Positions 61,101-64,000 of a stretch of 64,000 nt of DNA are shown here, piece by piece. Below the pieces are notes generated by a model. It saw only the letters and a program-made list of their open reading frames with translations. It searched no databases and was not told where the DNA came from. A program made the translations under genes and the position numbers. The DNA is from Haliotis rufescens (taxonomy: Eukaryota), in assembly GCF_023055435.1 (NCBI RefSeq), contig NW_025964257.1:2356001-2420000 (forward strand), given 5' to 3'. How positions within the stretch are numbered: position 1 is the stretch's first letter; each line of letters begins with the position of its first letter.

Positions 61101-63773
61101 TGTATACGGCAACTAAAGACACCATAACGAATTTATTATGCTGAAAAGTTTACACTATTTGGTATCTTTGTCGCACATGTCATGTCAAAATGAAAACTTG
61201 ACACTTAGAACCGGTATAAACGGCAGGACCAGTACATATCTTTCCGATAAAATGCTCTAATGTAAATATAAACGTTAACAATGGAATATATAATGCACTA
61301 AATGTGAATGGTTTAAGTACAAGAGCTAAAATGGATAAAATTTTCATAACAATGCCCAACATGTAAACATAAATCTGCGGGCCACTGTAACTTGATAGCA
61401 GTCCGCTTTCCCGTAACGACAGGATGCTATCTATTCTATTGCTATGTGACGTGATTGGCGTCACGTTTCTTGTTTGTGACGTCATCCTATAGTATGTTCT
61501 ATGACGTTGCTATTTGTAACTCAATGACCTCCGTTGTAAGCTTTTTCTCTCTATTTTTTATAAATAAAGTCACGAACGTGGATTCTTTCATAAATAATGT
61601 CTGTTCTCATCACAATTAGTGATATTAAAAAACAAAACAGTATCGAATAACGAATTTCTGTACCAGAATTACCATGTGAAATATGTGAGGTGGGTGTTGG
61701 AAAATTCAAAATGGCTGTTACTGACGGCATATGGTCTCATATTAGGTCAGTAACAACCATCTTGGATTTTTACTTACGGTATACGGGCTCATTTGGGTTC
61801 AGTAGTTCTACTCTCTGATTGGGGCAATCTCACTTTGAGGCATAATAAGGTCTGATATAGCAATGCTATAGCTTTCGTGAGAGCTGAAATATGTCTATCA
61901 GAGCAACGCTGTATTCAGGCAGGCAACACAGTAGTTATATATCATTATTCCGTTTTCCAGTTGGACCAGAACAGGTTGACGTCACAATGCCCGACAAAAG
62001 TGTAGTTTTCGAGAACAGAAACCTGACCTTAACCTGTACTACCACCGCCTATCCCAACCTGACCTTCATCTGGGACTACAGTGATGGAACACCTGTAGGT
62101 GGCAACACAGGGTCTGTGTCAAGGTCGTCTACATGGTGGTCCCAAACCCTCACCTTCAAGCCTTATAAAGACAAGACAGCTGTGAGATGCCAGGTCAGAA
62201 ACACCAGAACATCGGCAACACAGACTGGTTCTGTGTCCCTGGATGTCAAGTGTGAGTGTTCAAAGATGTTTCCCTTTTATTCAGAGCATTCAGGACATTA
62301 TCAGTTTCTTTAGAAGTTACAAAACAGAACCTTTATGCACAACTCTTCCTCCCTGCAACGGCTGGACATCATATTGTGACTTTGTTCACTGCATGATAAC
62401 AAACGAGGAAGGTCTTCACAATTACATCTCTTACTTATGTCATTTATAGTAACCAGGGCACGGGGGGCTCAGTCGTCTAAGGCGTCACGATTCGCTCTTT
62501 GGAGTTGCATCCTTTGGGTACGCCAGAAACCTATGGGTGTTGGTTCGAATCCCGGTTCACCCCGATTATGTTTTTGGGTTTGTCAGCATCATACCCGTGC
62601 TCATGAGTTTTACCTGGTAAACGTTTTAGGCCTGCATCAATTAGGGCTTCCCTCCTTCATTAAGCTGACACGCCAGTGATATGACTGGACTACTGTTAAA
62701 AGCGGCGTTAAACCCAAATCACTCACTTATAGTAACCGTCTTCATTGTTCCTGTTTAAGACCCCCCATCTGACCCTCCTTCCATCACACAGTTTGAGACT
62801 GTGATGTTTGAAGGAGACCCGGAGACTATCAGCTGCTCGGTAACAGGAGGAAATCCTCTAGCTACTATCATGTGGTCCTGTCCGGGCGCCGGAGTAGCAT
62901 CGGTCAGTGACAGTGGTCAGACCAGGACATCTACTCTCTCCTTCACTGTTAGCAGGAGTCAGAACGGTCAGCAGTGTCAGTGTCTGGGGTCGTGGCGGTA
63001 TGGAGGATACATATACAACCTCTCTGTTGTTAGGACCTTCAATGTCAGTTGTGAGTATCTTTTACTGTTTCTTGAGGAAGCGATAGGTGCAATGGTTAAT
63101 TCCCCTTCATTAACGTATGTATGGAGTGTGTAGCATGTCTGAAATCAGGGATCCCTGAACATGCCACAAATTGACAGCATTGCCAAGAATCCCCCCAAAA
63201 TAATGTTCATCACATCTGTATATCACTCATTGACTAACAATTTGTAAAAATGATGTAACACGAATTAACCACCAAAAAGTGACGGTAGATTGATGGTTGT
63301 ATATCTTCAGGTGTGCGATCTCCTGTCCTGTAGCTTGCTGAGGATAAAGTAAAAATATGTACAAGCTCTTTTACCGCAACCTTTCCTGTCTCAGTGTTGT
63401 ACAATAGCTAAATGTTGCAGTTAATAACAATAGACCTCTGCAGAGATCCATTACTGTCATTGTATGTGGGCATGGGAATGGAAATAAGTTGTGTTGTCTT
63501 TGGAATCGATGGCATTTTAGAATCAATGTATGATGTATGATACCTATATCAAGCACTCTGTCTTCAGTAAATATGAAATCAATACGTATTTCATGTGGTA
63601 CTTATTATATATTGCAGGTCCAACAAACCCACAACCACTCAATGCCGAATATAACATGGCAGGTGTAATAGCAGGAACCACAATAGGAACCCTCTTTCTC
63701 ACCCTGCTAATTGGAGGGATAGTTATGACGATCTTCTATAGGAAGGGGTTCAGGTTTGGAAACGTCTTGTCAG
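46110..63773 (+). CDS. Gene D: IgSF type-I receptor SP-5xIg-TM (no FN3); tail exons lie beyond the window; open so far
   Basis: join(46110-46182,50278-50586,55628-55770,58839-59049,60443-60760,61961-62251,62760-63050,63618-63773); phases 1,1,0,1,1,1,1,1 are consistent; last two Ig exons and TM are close paralogs of gene A. Confidence 0.8.
48828..49106 (+). mobile_element. SINE family 1 copy
   Basis: Near-identical to 10745-11038; flanked by tgttgcaaat on both sides. Confidence 0.88.
50278..50586 (+). CDS. Gene D exon: N-terminal Ig domain with an extra C-x5-C pair
   Basis: FSITC...RFYK...GGCLSSGSC...LTLDI...RDSGTWSC. Confidence 0.85.
53732..55298 (+). mobile_element. Tc1-family DNA transposon, full-length and inactivated, in a gene D intron
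   Basis: TIRs TA|ctcctcacaaaa and ttttgtgaggag|TA; transposase 54020-55034 with GRPRVTT, VLFTDE (followed by TAA), FMDDNA, WPARSPDLNPIEH (DD34E); frameshifts present. Confidence 0.92.
55628..55770 (+). CDS. Gene D exon: first half of a split, Cys-less Ig domain 2
   Basis: ...NTISVKVTTPGATPAAVITWRYQQ|gtggga (phase 1 to 0). Confidence 0.7.
56070..56210 (+). mobile_element. SINE family 2 copy
   Basis: gaagacccgggttcgaatccc...gaagcccatttctggtgtccc...gatattgctggaatattgc. Confidence 0.8.
56470..57400 (+). mobile_element. Degenerate non-LTR retrotransposon fragment (RNase H-bearing)
   Basis: RYLWDPQL-like RT thumb text near 56505 and HINTDGSK (RNase H motif) at 57000-57023. Confidence 0.45.
58200..58940 (+). 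repeat. 135-bp tandem repeat (5 units plus a partial) spanning a polypyrimidine tract, AG acceptor and exon start
   Basis: ttactactgttttgtgtttacag|ggtgtgagt with exon starts at 58299, 58434, 58569, 58704, 58839. Confidence 0.95.
58839..59049 (+). CDS. Gene D exon: second half of Ig domain 2
   Basis: GVSGVLP...GSCPSGQVQTTNTLSL...QVSLTVSVEHDSF...IQFP, then G|gtgagt. Confidence 0.7.
60443..60760 (+). CDS. Gene D exon: Ig domain 3 (C2-like)
   Basis: GQPLTLTCVTSASFPTSAVTW...DQGRSIHCQAEN; paralog of 965-1278. Confidence 0.9.
61961..62251 (+). CDS. Gene D exon: Ig domain 4
   Basis: LTLTCTTTAYPNLTFIW...VRCQVRN; paralog of 1478-1768. Confidence 0.9.
62456..62728 (+). mobile_element. SINE family 1 copy
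   Basis: Homologous to 10745-11038; flanked by the direct repeat ttatagtaacc. Confidence 0.88.
62760..63050 (+). CDS. Gene D exon: Ig domain 5
   Basis: ISCSVTGGNPLATIMW...QNGQQCQC; paralog of 1971-2255. Confidence 0.9.
63618..63773 (+). CDS. Gene D exon: transmembrane segment
   Basis: PTNPQPLNAEYNMAGVIAGTTIGTLFLTLLIGGIVMTIFYRKGFRFG; near-identical to the gene A TM exon. Confidence 0.9.
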
Positions 63774-64000
63774 GTATATTGTCAAATCTCATTTTTATCA
63801 TTTAACAGTATTACAGATGGAATAAGAAGTGGTGTGGGGATATTTACAGACGGGAAGTTTCCTTTCAAAGTGACGTCAGTCGATAAACATGAATGATATG
63901 TGTAAAATTGTAAAGTTAGAAACAGATCTAAATCATTCCTGACTGAGTGACAGAATGAGCACATCCACTTTGGGTATGAATATAAATAATTAATAAGGAT

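Overview
Eukaryotic, intron-rich animal DNA. It is probably from a gastropod mollusc such as an abalone; this is an inference from the SINE/Tc1 repeats and the Ig-domain style. The window holds a head-to-tail (+ strand) cluster of four immunoglobulin-superfamily (IgSF) type-I membrane receptor genes plus a relic of a fifth, reconstructed exon by exon from GT-AG sites and intron phases. Gene A (5'-incomplete, 538-3827) is disabled. Gene B (8623-20166; SP-5xIg-FN3-TM-tail) is frameshifted. Gene C (27338-38917; SP-5xIg-FN3-TM-tail, about 749 aa) appears intact. Gene D (46110 to beyond 63773; SP-5xIg-TM) appears intact and runs off the window. All four share a homologous TM exon, and A, B and C share a five-exon cytoplasmic tail with 6-8 tyrosine motifs (ITIM-, ITAM-, YxxM- and YxN-like). 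The N-terminal Ig domains of B, C and D are unrelated and often non-canonical, so the cluster looks like a modular, birth-and-death immune or recognition receptor complex. Four tandem repeats straddle splice sites; two of them are in frame and stop-free. Introns and spacers contain Tc1/mariner, LINE and Gypsy remnants, several tRNA-derived SINE families, hairpin repeats and minisatellites. Most ORFs in the supplied track are exon fragments or spurious.
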